From assembly GCF_000315625.1 (NCBI RefSeq), contig NW_005434517.1, positions 42,052 through 106,051 of the forward strand: a stretch of DNA of 64,000 bases. The letters are read 5' to 3'. Source of the DNA: Guillardia theta CCMP2712 (Eukaryota; Protista; Cryptophyta). Of this stretch, positions 1 to 13,211 are shown piece by piece; the stretch's first letter is position 1; each line of letters opens with the position of its first letter. The notes beneath the pieces were generated by a model. It made no database searches and was not told the DNA's origin. It worked only from the letters and a program-made list of their open reading frames with translations. The position numbers and the translations under genes were made by a program.

Positions 1-117
1 CAGCGCAAAATTATTCCCTCCTCCTCCTCCCCCGTCTCTGCGAGGCCGTCACAGACCCTCTCACCTTTTCTGCTCTCTCGGACATCGATATCGCTCAGGC
101 ACGCATCGCGCTATCTT

Positions 118-152
<35 letters not shown>

Positions 153-1176
153 CCACCCACCCGCCCTCCCACCTTCTCTGCCTCCCTGCCTTACTTCAAA
201 ACTCCCTCCCTTGTTGCCCCCTCATGCCCATTCTCCTTCCTTTCTCTTTCCTCTCCTCTCTCCTTTCTCTTGCTCTTCCTTTATTTCATCCTCCTGCTCC
301 TGCTCCTGCTCCTGCTCCTCCTGCTCCTCTCGAGCCCTATACTTGGTCCTGACTAATCCTGACAGATTGTTGAAACTCTTTCCATCGTCTACTCTTCCAA
401 CCCCTCCGACCCTTCTGCAGGTCTCACCGCCCCGCTCCCTCCTCCTGTTGCCTCCTGTGTGCTGCGATCGCTGGAGCGGCTCGAGGAGGAGGCGGCGCTC
501 GATCAGATGAGCCTGCGCCACTTGTGCTGTCTGCTGGAGTCTCTCAGCTTCTTGTTCTCGCGCTCTCCTCCTCCTCCTCCTCCTCCTCCTGAGTTGTGGA
601 GGAAGGGAGAACGATGGGATAGAAGGAGAAATGTCGAGTGTATGGACGGAAACGAGACAGGTCAGGATCTCCAGCGAGAGAAGGAAGATGACAGTTCAAG
701 CTGGAGGAAGGCAGGAAGAGACGAGAAGGAGGGGAGGGAGGGAAGGGAAGGGAGGGAGCGAGGGGGCAACGATGAAACGGAGGAGGAGGAGAAGGAGGGA
801 GGAGCAGAGCTCTCCAGCCTGGTTTCACCCGATTGGCTGAGAAACTTGTGCGACAAGATCTTGAAGAGAGTCATTGAGTACATCAGCATTCCCTCAGATG
901 CTCCTCCCGATCAAGAGCAGGAGGATGAGAAGGATGAAGGAGAGGAGGCGGGAGAACGAGCAGGGAAGGAGGGCGGAAGCGAGACAGACGAGGAGGTACA
1001 GCAGGACGGCGAGGGAAGAGTTGAGGATGGCAAGGTAGAGAAGGACGATGGAGAAACCACAGAGGGGACAGACGGCGAGACTAAAGCAGCGAAACCTCGT
1101 TCGGTGAAAGGCATTGAACATGTTTGGACTTGTTTACAATCTTTCTCTGTGTTGGGATATAAGGTGACTTGTCCTG

Positions 1177-1228
<52 letters not shown>

Positions 1229-2464
1229 ATCCGCTCCCGCTCCCGCTCTTGCTCTTGCATCATTTGCTCCTGCTCTTCGACTTCTTTCCTTCACTTCATC
1301 TCCTCACAACATCACTATCTGACCACCACGTTCGCAAAATTTACATCCTTTACTCTTTCTTACTTGCCATCGTTGTCATCCTCACCTATCCTTGTCTTCT
1401 TATCTATCATCCTATGCCCCTGGCTGGTCTCTTTTGACATCCTTGCGTTCGGACTCCTCCTCCCCTCTCCCCTTCCCCCCCCCCCGCCCTTTCCTTTTCC
1501 ATGGCTCTCTTTCTTCTCTTCTCTTCTCTTCTCATCTCTTCTCTTCTCTTCTCTTTCCTGACTCGCTGACACATCTTTCGGCAGATGGAGCAGGAGCATC
1601 TTTCGGCTATCATCCTGGCCCTCGCTCGTCCTCCTGTGCTCGCTCGTCTTCTCTTCAAGCACATTGCCATCGTCTTCTGGTCTGTCGCTGCTCAGGCAGT
1701 TGCGCATGGCGAGGCTCTTCCGATCTTCTTGCGCATGCACGACCAGCACATCATCCAAGCTTGCAACCTGACACGGAGCAAGGTGACTCCCTGCTGCTGC
1801 TGGTGGTGGTGGTTGTGGTGGTGGTGGTTGTGGTTGTGGTGGTGGTGGTGGTGTTGGTGCTGCTGCTGCTGCTGACTCCTCCTGCTCCTGCTCTTCCCGT
1901 ACCTCCTCCTCATTCTCTTCCTCTACCTCCTGCTCCTCCTGCTCCTACTACTCCTCTTCCTCCTCCTCATTCTAGTTTCTTTCTCGTCCTTTCTACTTTG
2001 ATCTGCTCCCCCTGCTCTTCGTGTTTCCCTCATCTTCACGTGGGCAGGAGTGATCTAACATATTTATCCCGAAGGTTCCCTTCTCCTCCTCCTCCTCCTC
2101 CTCCTCCTCCTCCTCCTCCTCCTCCTCCTCCTCCATCATCGTCCCGTACTGCTGCTCTCACTGCGACCTCCCCGTTACCAGGGATCGCATCCCATGGCTA
2201 CTCAACATGCCCGTCAGACTCGCACTTGATCGCATGCTCGAGGTAGCAACCGACCGACTTGACCGCATGTTCCACCCGGACCTCCAGGCCCTCCGGCAGG
2301 AAGCCGGCCCGGAGGTCTTCGTCGACGTCACTTCTCGCTTCATCTGCGGCATGGCAGTGATCAAGTTCCCAGCTGACAAGGCGAGGAACGTCCTGCGGCT
2401 CCTCCCCGTGGAGGCCAAGGCAGTGAAGCTGCTGATGCAGCGAATCATGCCGACAGGAGAGTGA
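1..2464 (+). CDS. Multi-exon hypothetical protein, 5' part outside the window
   Basis: Coding-like exons at about 420-1163 (acidic), 1585-1781 and about 2181-2464 (ends ...QRIMPTGE*), separated by GT-AG introns filled with microsatellites. No recognisable domain. Confidence 0.6.
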
Positions 2465-2698
2465 ACAAGGGGAGGAGACGGCCGGGCGGAGTGGAGCGAG
2501 GGAGGAGGGAGGGAGGGAGGAGTGGTAGTGAGAAACGTTAAGAGGAAGGGGGCCAAGGAGGCGAGGATATATGGTGGAGGGATGGCAGCGGTGGAGGAGT
2601 AAAGAGAAGGAAACGAGCAGACAGACTTTATGATTCATGATGATCACAAGCACGATGATGATCTTTTGACAACTATCAAGTCCCTGCCACCGGCGTCG

Positions 2699-5342
2699 TC
2701 AAGTCGAGCTGTTGACGACGAAGGTATCTGGGGTGATGTTGAAAAGAACTGACGCTCTCTCTGCCGCTCGATGCATCGTTTCTTTCTCCTCCGATAGAAG
2801 TTTCGCTGCCTCTTTCAGCACATCGAGAGCAAGAGCACATCTGAAACTAAAGTCATACCCACTTCCACTCTCCTTCTCCTCTTCCCCTTCTCCTCGTCTT
2901 CTCCCTCCTCCCTGCACCTCTTTCCCCGTACCTCTCCTTCTTGTCCTTTCCCTCCCCCGTTAGTTGGCAGTAGTCTTCATCTAGCAGATCCTCCTTCTTC
3001 ACTCTCTCCTGGTTCCTGGGCAGGGGGTGACTGGAGTACGAGCAGCACACGCTTCCTACTGCAGCAGGTCGTCGCAGGAGGGATCGCGAATACGGTTGAG
3101 GCACAAGGACTCTCCCGAAGCCTGGAGGCATCCGAACATGAGGAGACAAGGAAGGAAAGCCAAGCGAGGAAGAGAAGAAGGGGAGGAGAAGTAGAAGGGC
3201 CTGCATCAAAGATAGGGAAGCAGAGAGGGGGGGACGAGGGGAGCGAGGAGGGGGGCTGACGCTACCTTGCATTGCCAGAGAAGAGCTTCCTGCCCTTGCA
3301 AGATCCTCCCTAAGTCGCTAGCCAGCACTCGTAGAGCGTTGGGATCAGAGTCCTGGCGACGGAGGGGGTCACAGGGATGAAGAGGAGGCGAGGGAACGCG
3401 GCGGATGAGGAGAGGGAACGTGGTGGAGGAGGAAGGGAACCTGTAACAGCTCCTCCATGTTCAGTCCTGGTACATCACCGTCATCGCAGATCTCCTTGGA
3501 GATCTGTCTCATCGCCTGCATGCCACTGTCAGATGGTGTCCCAACAGCGGCTGCAGGAGGAGAAACGAGAGCAGGGAGAAGTGAGGCGGAGAAATGAAAG
3601 ATTTAGGGCGAAAAGAGCAAGAAAACCGACCTGACGTGCCTTCCGTGCATGGAATTTGTTCTCCTTGTAGGCTTGCTTTGCTTTCACCTGACAAAATTCC
3701 TCAGACATTGACACATCCATCGGCTCCTAGAAACCTTCTCTTCTCTTTCAGCCAACTGCTCCTTCTCCTCCTTCTCCTTCTCCGTGTCCTGGTTGTTGAC
3801 CGGCTGCTCCTGCCCCGACACGTCACACAGCAAGGAGGTGAGATCCGGTACCTTGAGCTTCATCGCTTGTCGCATCGCCTTCTTCCGCTCCTTCTCCAAC
3901 CTGCGCCATCTTGAGATGCCTGTCTCCGCCAAGTTTCGCAGCACTTCTTCATCCTCTCTCTTTCCGCGATCCGAGGGTCATGCGCCTTTGCCATCCGGAC
4001 AAGACTCTGTATGCGATTGGCCTCCTCTATCCTCTTCATCTTGATCTCCTGGAAGAAGATTTCATCTCATTGACGTACCATCATCACTCTTTCCCACCTT
4101 GTCGTGATCCTTGATCATCGCTCTTCGCTCCCACCTATTCTGTGCACTTTCGAGCTTCTCATCAGCCTGGAAGGTGAAATCTCGCCATGTCTGTCGACCG
4201 CATCATCTCCAACACATACGAGTCGCACTGCAAACCTGGAAGTTCTCCCAGAAGTTGTAGAACTTTTCAACCTGCCAACATCGTGATTTCCATATACAAA
4301 CATGCGGCACATGGGCCAGACATCCCTCGCGCTGTATTTATCAGAGCATCAACACATCTCATGATTCTCGCCCCCTCTTACTCTCACATCACACAGCTGT
4401 CAAGAATCACCTCTGCCCATGTTGTGTTCTCGTCTCCAAGGCCTGGCACGTGTGGGTTGGTGGACCATCTAGCGTTCACCTCAAAGTAGTGGGACATAAC
4501 AGGGAAGAACCCTCCCTGCATGCAAGAAGAGGACAAGTCAAGGTAACAACAACATGAATCCCCATATGAGCAATCGGCAGAGAGTGATAGAACCTCGTTG
4601 ATCTCCTCTTCTGTCGGCAAATGATCCGTGCACGTGTCAACGGCATCATAGCCCATGCGCTGACCAGATATCAGTGAAAGTCACGGGCACGAGAGGGGTT
4701 GACCTTGCTCTTGTCGCTGAGAATCTGGTACGCTCTATTGATGCGCTTGTACGCCTCATCTGCAGCCTCCACACTGCCGAGTCCATGCCTGACAACTTTA
4801 TCCGGATGGCACAGCAGCGACGTTCGATGGTAGGCCTTTTTTAGTTCATCTTCTCCTGCTTGCCACCTTCTCTCTCCAAGACCAAGGAGCGAGTAGAGAT
4901 CGTCCTCTCCCGCCAATGCACGCTTCACAGCATCAATCCCATGCAGCCTTCGTTCCCTCCGCTTCGCGTCAGCGTCCTTGGACTCCCCGTCCCCTCCGTC
5001 CCCTTCGTCATCTTTCTCGCTGTCGAGTTCCGCTCCCAGATGTCTCATCCTCCTCTCCTCGTAAGACCTTCCAGCATGTTCATAGCTCTCTCTCCTGATG
5101 GGGGCTGCTATAGATCCTACGACCTCATTCTGCAAACCCCTCGAGACGGGGAGGGTAACAACACGAAAGGGACTTGTTCCACTTGCATCGTCATGCGACT
5201 GTCTCAACCCTCTTGGCACAACACCAGCATGGGCGAGGCATCCTGCTCGTCCAGCTCCTCGCAGCCCTCCTCTTTCTTCTCCCGCCCATGCCGTCAGCAT
5301 CAGCGCCAACCACGTCGTTACCCGCCATGCCCATGCGACCAT
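2699..5342 (-). CDS. DNAJC2: Zuotin/DNAJC2 (MPP11)-like ribosome-associated J-domain protein with a hydrophobic N-terminal leader, multi-exon
   Basis: J-domain with HPD motif (DLYSLLGLGERRWQAGEDELKKAYHRTSLLCHPDK). Zuotin-homology segments FFPVMSHYFEVNARWS..PGLGDEN, VEKFYNFWENFQTWRDF and RIQSLVRMAKAHDPRI. No SANT domains recognised. Confidence 0.85.
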
Positions 5343-5729
5343 TGCCTATCCTGCCCCGTTCTACCCCACCTTCCCTTCGGCCACAGGCAGTAGACACCCC
5401 TACCCTAATTATACTATCACCAAACCGGGTGGAAGTCCCTTTTTTTGACTACCCTACCCCCACTGGAAAGACGGCACCCCTGCACAAAAACCTCGCGACA
5501 GTCATAGAAAAGCAGAAGCTGTTCCGGCAATGCCAAGCACAGAGCATAGCATAGAGTGCGGGAGTGGGTGTTTGGTAGACTTGTACCATGCCAACGTCTT
5601 GCAGACATCATATCGCCTTAGCTGCAACAAGACAGTCTTTGCTCAAGACCGAGTTTAACACACACGAAACAAGGATCCAGGAGCACATGAGAGGTAGACT
5701 GAATGCTAGGATGTGAAACCCAAGTCGTC

Positions 5730-6040
5730 ACACCCCGAAGCTTGACGGTTTGGTTAACTGATCTCGAGCGAGACTTTCGTTGGCATGGATATGTTCCACT
5801 GTCGTCCGTACGATGGGAGCCACCTGAGAGAGGTTCAGATCAGGGGTAGATCCAGGGTTCAGCCCGTATTCGACTTGAAAGGCAGACAACCCTGTCTCTT
5901 TGCGACGTGCATGGTTGAGGGAGAATTCAATGATGGGCAGGCTGATGTCCTAGTCCTCGCGCCGCGGTCCTCGGAAGCTTGCGTGCGTAAAATGTCGTAA
6001 TCAGCACGTTGGGCTCGGTGATCGTGGCCGGCATCGTACG
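5730..6040 (-). mobile_element. Degenerate Ty3/gypsy-type integrase fragment
   Basis: Minus strand about 5940-5853 reads LPIIEFSLNHARRKETGLSAFQVEYGLNP, matching the gypsy integrase C-terminal core (LPxxEFAxN...TGxSPF.xxYG). Frameshifted upstream. Confidence 0.65.
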
Positions 6041-6060
6041 GATAGCAGAGGAATGCTGAA

Positions 6061-6441
6061 TCATTTGTGCCGGATCCACTTCACAATTCGTAAGAATGCG
6101 AATCCACTATGATGATGAAAGATTTTAAGATCTTGCATAATCTTGTATCTAAAACGACGGCGGAATAAAGTTTGAGGCGAAAACAGGTTTGAACCAAAGT
6201 CAGGTGCACACAGTACCTGAGTAGTACACTTGAAGAATTGTGTTTGTCCTGTAAGAGTATAAATGTACGCTCCCAGGTTGCCTCTAGCATGAACCTTCGT
6301 GAGTCCTCCAATCCCAGCGACGACAGCCTGAGGTGACGCCAGGGCAGAGTTGTGAAGGAGCGAGGGATCGTTTATTATGTGGACCTGTGATCCTGTATCC
6401 AGTAAGAAGGAAACATTTAGCTTAGATCGGATTCTGCACAA
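6061..6441 (-). mobile_element. Ty1/copia-type aspartic protease relic
   Basis: FLLDTGSQVHIINDPSLL...VAGIGG...G...QVLCAPDFGSNLFS fits the copia protease pattern (LDSGAxxH...VLYVPxLxxNLxS). Confidence 0.75.
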
Positions 6442-9019
6442 AACGCTTTAACAGCAGTCTGATACGTGCACATATTGATGGAACATGTGGAACACATAGG
6501 ATCAGAGTCCAAAGAGGCAGGCAGCGCATGTCCATAGATTTTCGGATTCCAACGACCAGGGTTTGGGGGGACGGAAACAGCAGCGTTCTAGTTGAGCGGT
6601 GGTTGAAGAAATGTTCCGATGGTGATATAGTCCCTTGATCTGAAGGAAAAGGTAGCGCCACACCGCTAATGGGTAGACTGAAGCACACATTCGAATGAGA
6701 CGTCGCTGGGGGCGGGGGTAAAGGTTCAAGGTGGCCAGTAACCGTACCTGGTCCATTAAGAGCAGGTCTGGTGGGGCACGGTGGAAGTGCAGCGGCTGGA
6801 CTAGGAGCCTGAGGAGACCGTGGAACTAGCTGTCGCCTGCGATTCATGCTGGACTGCACACAGACTGTCGACAAACTCAAGTGTCTTGACATGTTCGACC
6901 TTGCCGTAAGCTTTCAAATATCCATGGTACGAAGGATGCAAACATGCGGGCTTGAGTATTGTTGTTATAGTCTAAGCTTTCAAATATCCAAGGCACGGAG
7001 AATATAGACGTGCGTTTAGATTTGTTGATTTTCCAACAAAGTGCAACTGACCGAATAAAGCTGTCCTGAATGTAAGCAGCAACCATGGTTTCAACCACCT
7101 TGCTCGACCCATTGTCGTAATTCAACAGATAATGCCATGAAACAGTTTATTTACAGAACATGTTATGTCCACTAAAGAATATGAATTGAGTATACACTAT
7201 TCAAAGCAAATCTCGCCACTTCTCGCTCTTGTCAGTCTTGCCCGCCCATGGTCCGCACTCTCCAAAGTGGGACTTCTTGTTTCCAACGAACGACTGTAGG
7301 TTCTTCTCGAACTCAATTGAGAACTCAAGATCGCAGGCAGAGGCACTGTTGTCGTTGAATGGCTGGTGCATCCCAAATGTATACTCCGAGTCGTTGTTTG
7401 ACCACGAGCTGCAGGACTGCTCCACGCTCTCTGGACTGCATTTGTCGTGCTGAAGGGTTGACGTTGTTTGAAAACTTCTCGTTTCAATTTCTGTGGATTC
7501 GGGCATTGCGTTCAGTTTTGCTTGATACGATGTTGGTTGACTCCAGGTCCTAGGGGCTGATGAGAAGAAGGGCGTTGCTTACAAAAAATGAAGGACTTGC
7601 GATGAATGCAACAAACTTGGATTGTTCTTTCCTTTCAAGAAGCTTTGTGAACAGATGCAGGTAAGGTATGAGATGTGTGTAGGAATGAAAGGTGAAACAC
7701 AAGGTGTAGGCAGAGGCAAATTGTTGTGTTCCGGCAGACTGTACAATGATGTAGACGGGTGAGGAGCAGTTTTACGTGCATACAGGCACGGAGTCAGCTG
7801 CTGACGATGATGACAGTCAGTCTGTTCGTGATGACTAACGATGTTGTAATGACTCTCCGAAAAGAGAGGTTTCCGATATTTATGCGCCGTGTGCGTGTAA
7901 AGCCCTCAGGTTTCAAATCCCTTTTAATTTTATAAAACGTTTATAAAGCAAATTACAATGACAATATAGATGTATAATCAGTATCCAAAGATCGCATCCT
8001 TTGGACTTTTAGACGCTTCATCGACAAGAGATGACCCCTACCTGGTATTCTGCGACCACCCTTGTTAGCACATATCTATCTGTATCTGGGAGACCACTAT
8101 CCTAGGAATCACCCACCCTACCCATCCATCTGTCCCTGGTTTGTACCTATAGCCAAGCCATGATGGTCCCACCGGGATACCGACTGCAGTTCTGGAAGGG
8201 CGTGGGTCAGGGTGGAGGAGGGGTGCAGGGGATTGCGGTGACAGGGTGAAATGTTAGGTTGATACTTCCATTGCTTCCAAGCTGATCGATTTCTGCATTG
8301 AGAGCTTATTGTACAATCGCCTACCTTCGAAACAAGAGTTGCAGGTCGGAGTCTGAAAACAGCCCGAAGGAATGAGGGGGTAGGGTAGCCAATCGTTGGT
8401 ATGGATGTGTCGAGCGCGGGCCATCCCTCATTGCGACCCTGTAGCTGCATCAGGGGCGATGTCAGCAGCTGACGACCGCCGTCCGAGGCCGGCCGAATGA
8501 TCACGTCTGAACTACCCCAATCACCCTATTATTTCATAACAAAAAGTACGGGTGCTTCGAGACAGGAAGATGCCAGCAATCACGAGGCGCGTCCTCTTTG
8601 ATGCTCATGGGCCACCAACAGCTAAAACATTAAATATAAACCTATATAGTTTTAGATTATAACTATATTAGAGATGCGTCGTCGTAAAGAAGTTGGGTAC
8701 GAGGGGTTAAAAAAAACAAGCGAGGAACACCTGGAAGGCAATACGGGGTCAGAAGGCCACTGGTACAAATCTCTTTACTCATCGCTCCAAATATATTACT
8801 CATCTCCTCTCCTCGCGCCCCCCTCAGGCATCTCATCTCGGATCGAGCCGATGTCAGCTCCCGAGCGTTCGCTCAACTTACCTCTAGTACTCCAGTACCA
8901 CCCTGTAAGGTATTCATTCAGTACCCCTAGCCTGCGGGCCAACCCCCCCCCCCCCCCTTTCTGATTTTACTACTGAATTTTACTACCGAACTGCTAACTA
9001 ACTTTTTGAGTAAAAGTTT

Positions 9020-9420
9020 GCCCGCACGTCCGACGGGGCTCCGAGCCGTGGCATCGTTTACTCAAAGTTAAGTTAAAATCAGTGGGAGGAAAAACTGACA
9101 GTAGTGAGTGCCCGAACCGGTCCGGCTGGCCGGGCTAGTACGCCGGGCCGGGCCCCGCCGTAGCGCACGGCGCGGCCGTCACTCAGGCGGCCCGGGTCCT
9201 GAGCCCCGGAGTCCGACGAACCGGGTGCCCGATCCAGGCTCAGAGCCCGGTGCGCCGCCGGGCGGCCCGGCGGCCTCCGGCGGCCTCCGGCGCGTGACAG
9301 TACAGTTCACGTACTACGGTACTACTGGCGGCCGGTTACCATACGGCCCCCCGGTCACTCAGTGGATTAACTTAACTTTGAGTAAAGGGAGTCACCGTAC
9401 TCAGACCGTCGTCCTCGAAT
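9020..9420. repeat. GC-rich palindromic island bounded by a perfect 20-bp inverted repeat (MITE-like)
   Basis: tttactcaaagttaagttaa (9057-9076) and its exact reverse complement ttaacttaactttgagtaaa (9367-9386) flank a core rich in CCGG/GGCC/GTAC. Confidence 0.75.
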
Positions 9421-9734
9421 GAGATAAAAGTAGGCCTGTAGGACCTGCCGTTGATTGATCCCGGCGGCACCGGCCCCAGCCTGCGGTGGCGGGGGCGGCT
9501 GCCAGGACTCGGGAAACATGAACTTGAAGCAAGGTGCAGTGAAGAGCAGGAACTTGAGCAGCTTGTGCCACTCGGGGGCAGGGCATGATTTAGGGAACTT
9601 AGTAGGATGAGATCTAAAGCCCCCGATAGTCAGCAGGCTCACAACAACCTGAAAGAATTCTTGAGTCATGCCTGAGGGTTCAAAAAGCATAGTGTCTACC
9701 AAGCCCCGGTGATTGAGCCGAGGAGCAGGCAGAT

Positions 9735-10473
9735 ATGGAAGGAGAATTCATTGAGAAAGTTAGAGCTCTCAGATCCGAGTGACTGAAACTGACTGACCTG
9801 ACGACACTGTGCAGATGACAAGAGATCCTGATGCTCGATGATGGAGAGGAGAGAGGAGCGGTAAGTGTGAGGTAGCAGCATGTCTTGGTCGACAGGGTTG
9901 TTCTCTTGCTGGGACGACTTCGAAACCAGTATGTCTGACCTGATACTTGACTGCTGCTGTTCTCACATTGACCTTGATCAGTGATGAACGGGACTGTTCT
10001 GTGCGGCGCAACCGTGTGCTTGATGTCGGTAAACAACAGTGTTGACATGAACGGAGGAAGACCGAGCTGTAACATCCCGACGAGGAGGTTGTGGAGGGTC
10101 TCGAGGGACTGCGGATGCTCGGGTGAGCTATGGGAGGGAGGCAGGAAGAGGATGAGCTATAGGTGGAAGGGAGGCTGGACGGTGAAGCTGAGAGGTTGGC
10201 AGAGAGGGATACAGCCATGCTCATCAACAGCCTGCTCTGCGCCATGTTCCCTTGCATGGGCATGTACTGGAGGAAGCAGATCCGAGACGCGTTCAGCATC
10301 CAGGGCAGTATGTCAGGAGACTGCTTCGCTTGCGCCTGCTGCTTCCCGTGCGCGGTGAGTTTGCTCGACATAGTTTACTCGCACTGAGGAGCCGAAAGGC
10401 CATGCAGGAAGCGAGGGAGATCAAGAAGCGAGGAGGAAGCGTCAATGCCCCCGTGCAGATTCAGATGAGCTAG
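9735..10473 (+). CDS. PLAC8-family cysteine-rich protein, multi-exon, start uncertain
   Basis: MYWRKQIRDAFSIQGSMSGDCFACACCFPCA|AMQEAREIK is the PLAC8 C-terminal signature (R..IR....I.G....DC....CC.PCA..QE.RE). Confidence 0.8.
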
Positions 10474-10553
10474 AGATCACGCGCTCGACTCGACATGCTC
10501 CCAGGCCCTGCAGCAGCAGCATGTCAGGTCGGCCCCAACAAGTCTCCTCGTGC

Positions 10554-13211
10554 TCACAGTCGATGGAGGTGACTGTCTAGCTCCAGCTGGATGTCTCGCC
10601 ATGCGCCTCGAAGAGCGTCGAGCTTTGTCCTCCTCATCTGCGGGAGAAGTCACGCGACACGAGAGGAGGAGGAGGGGGAGATCAGGGACACGTCAGACAC
10701 GCAGGACAGAGAGATAGCAACGTAGGAGCGAAGAAGGACAGGCTGATGTCAGAATCACCTTGTCTGCCTGGATGAATGCTTCTCGTTTACGATGAGTAAC
10801 CTGAGAGTTTTGAGAATCAAGAAAGTCATCTCCTTTCGGCTCGATCTGCTCCTCACCTCCGTCACATGCTTGTTGATCTTGTCTTTGAACATTCTGAACT
10901 CGCTGGCAGCAAACCTGTAGATTCTCGTCACCATCGTCCTCCCTCTCTGCCGTCTCCTTGCCTCATGATGTCTTCTTGGCTCGCCAGGATGCTTGCCTGC
11001 TGGTATCGCATCTGCGCCTCGAAGTCTGCCTTGGCGATGCGCCGAACCTGACGAGGCCGAGTAAGTGCATAAAGGCGGAGAACGAGGAGAGTCAAGGCGA
11101 GGGAAAATGTGATGGAGAGGGAAACAAGGACAACAAAAAGAAAATGGGAGCAGGGAGCAGGGAGCAGGGAGCAGGGAGCAGGGAGCAGGGAGCAGGGAGC
11201 TAGAAGAGCGTTCTGGTCAGAAACCTCATCAGCCGTCTTCATTCTTGCCATCACGTGCCGTCTCGTGTGTATGAACTCCCTGCAGCGAAGGCTCAACCCC
11301 AAACCTCTTCGCATCCTCTCTAGCAATCAACACCTGTGAACAACGTCCATCCACCTGCTCCTCATCGTATCCCTCATCTCCACCATCATCGTCTTGATTT
11401 GCTGCTGGGACCTGAGACGGGGACAGCAAGTACTCAGGGACGTTGGGATATGTCAAGCTTTCAATCACTGTTTCTCTCTTTGCGCGACGTTGAAACTCTT
11501 GCTGCAAGCTACACGCAACATGTCAGCATTCCTTGGAGACTTCAAGTTATCTTCACCTTTCCTCATCACATCCGCTGGAGTTTGACCCATGACAACCTGC
11601 TGACCCACTTTACACCTTGTCAAAACTTGTCGCTCCCTCACTGACCTCAGCTTCCAAGTTGTTCTCGCCCGCTTCATATCGCTGGTTTTCATATCGTCGA
11701 AATGAGCTTGTATTCTGGTTTTGCTTTCTTCTGAAACGTCTCCGCCATCAGCAAAAGCAAACTGGAAGTGTAGCAGACCTTGATAAGACGTCCTTGGCCC
11801 TGGAGTACTCCATATCGTGACCCTCCCCCTCCGCTTCCCTCAGGCCCTTCCCATCCCTCCTCTCGGAGAAGGAGATGAATTCTCCATTCTTAGTGATGAA
11901 TCCACAAAGAGATCCCTGGAGGGAGATTGGGCTCGCTTCCTTGAGCTCCAGCCCTGGTGTAGACTCGACCTCTACCATGGCATGGTAGACATCGTTCTGC
12001 AAGGATCTGAGGACCCTTGCACTCCTGCGAGTGCTGTCATGCTCCTGCTCGCCCATGCTCTCAGAGTTGCTTACCCGTCCGACGATCGTCGCTCCATCGC
12101 TCTCTTCGCAGTGTTTCTTCCCGGCCCATTCAGCATCCTGTCACAACTTCAATCACAAGATCACAAGGTGTTATGTTGTAGACATGACAAGAAAGTGATC
12201 CATGGCTCTTGCACTATCAGGCACAACAACCACGTTGATGTCCATACCGCTTGTTGAGTTGCTCCTCAGTCCAGGTGCTCTTCAGGCTTGCAAACTTATC
12301 GGCGCGGTTCCAATCTTCAATCCCTCCGAGCAGGGGCACGGGCTTGTTCCTTCCCTTCGCCGCTTCTCTCTTGTCCCGCCTCCCTGCTCTCATCTTGCTC
12401 TTGTGCCCTGACCTGTTCCTCCTCACCTGACCTAGGTTCAAGCGCGTATCTGCTCGCATCTCCTCTCCCCGCATGCTCTCTGGCTCTGCAGCAAGGACGA
12501 TGTCCGAAAGCGTCATGACGATGTCGATGAGGTTGCCTGAAGTACGTCAGCCTCTGCTCGCTCTGGGGTCTATCTGCTTACTCAGTGCCGTGATTCTCCC
12601 CATGCAGATGTGGTCGGCAGAGATGTGGTCCAGACTCGCTCCTATCACCTGCGGGCCACGTCAGACTTAACACGCAACGTACCTGAGCTTGCCTCTCCCA
12701 GAAAGAAGAGCAGGGCCCGCGTGTTGTGCCTGTCGTCGTCCTCCGTCACGGGGTTGCGGTTGAGCCCGGGGACCTCAAGATGGAGCATGGCCTCAACGAC
12801 GGCGATGAACATGTTGGGAGTGCATTGATCTAGCGAGCTGATTCGCTCGGGTATCCCCACCCTACCAGTCATCAGACAATGTTTGTGGGGACAAGAGGAC
12901 AGGTGGGCCATCGCACCTGGGAAGTAATGCGGTGTTGATAGACTTGACGTACTGCTCGATCACACGATCGTGCAGGTGTCCTGCAGACAAGTCATTCCAA
13001 CAACTTGATGCTTGACAAGCCTACCAAGTTGCTCTTCTGCTGCTACAAGATTCTTGGCCCAAGATTCCGAGGTCTTGAAATCCGAATGGAACGAGCGTGT
13101 TTGATCTGAGTCCTCATACAACATGCCGAGGACTGTTTGCTTCAATCTTTGATCAGCCTGCAAAGAAAGATTGAGTTAGTCCAATCTGTACTTCACTTTG
13201 TTGATTTGCAT
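10554..13211 (-). CDS. Multi-exon hypothetical protein with coiled-coil C-terminal half
   Basis: Chain of minus-strand exons (MQINK|ADQRLKQTVLGMLYED..., ...VRRIAKADFEAQMRYQQ..., ...DIQLELDSHLHRL*) with short GT-AG introns. Confidence 0.6.
11146..11199. repeat. 7-bp tandem repeat (GGGAGCA)n, intronic
   Basis: Directly visible tandem array. Confidence 0.9.

Noticed and set aside
8055-8085. tgttag as an LTR boundary with a primer-binding site
   Set aside because: No matching second LTR, TSD or convincing tRNA-complementary PBS in the window.
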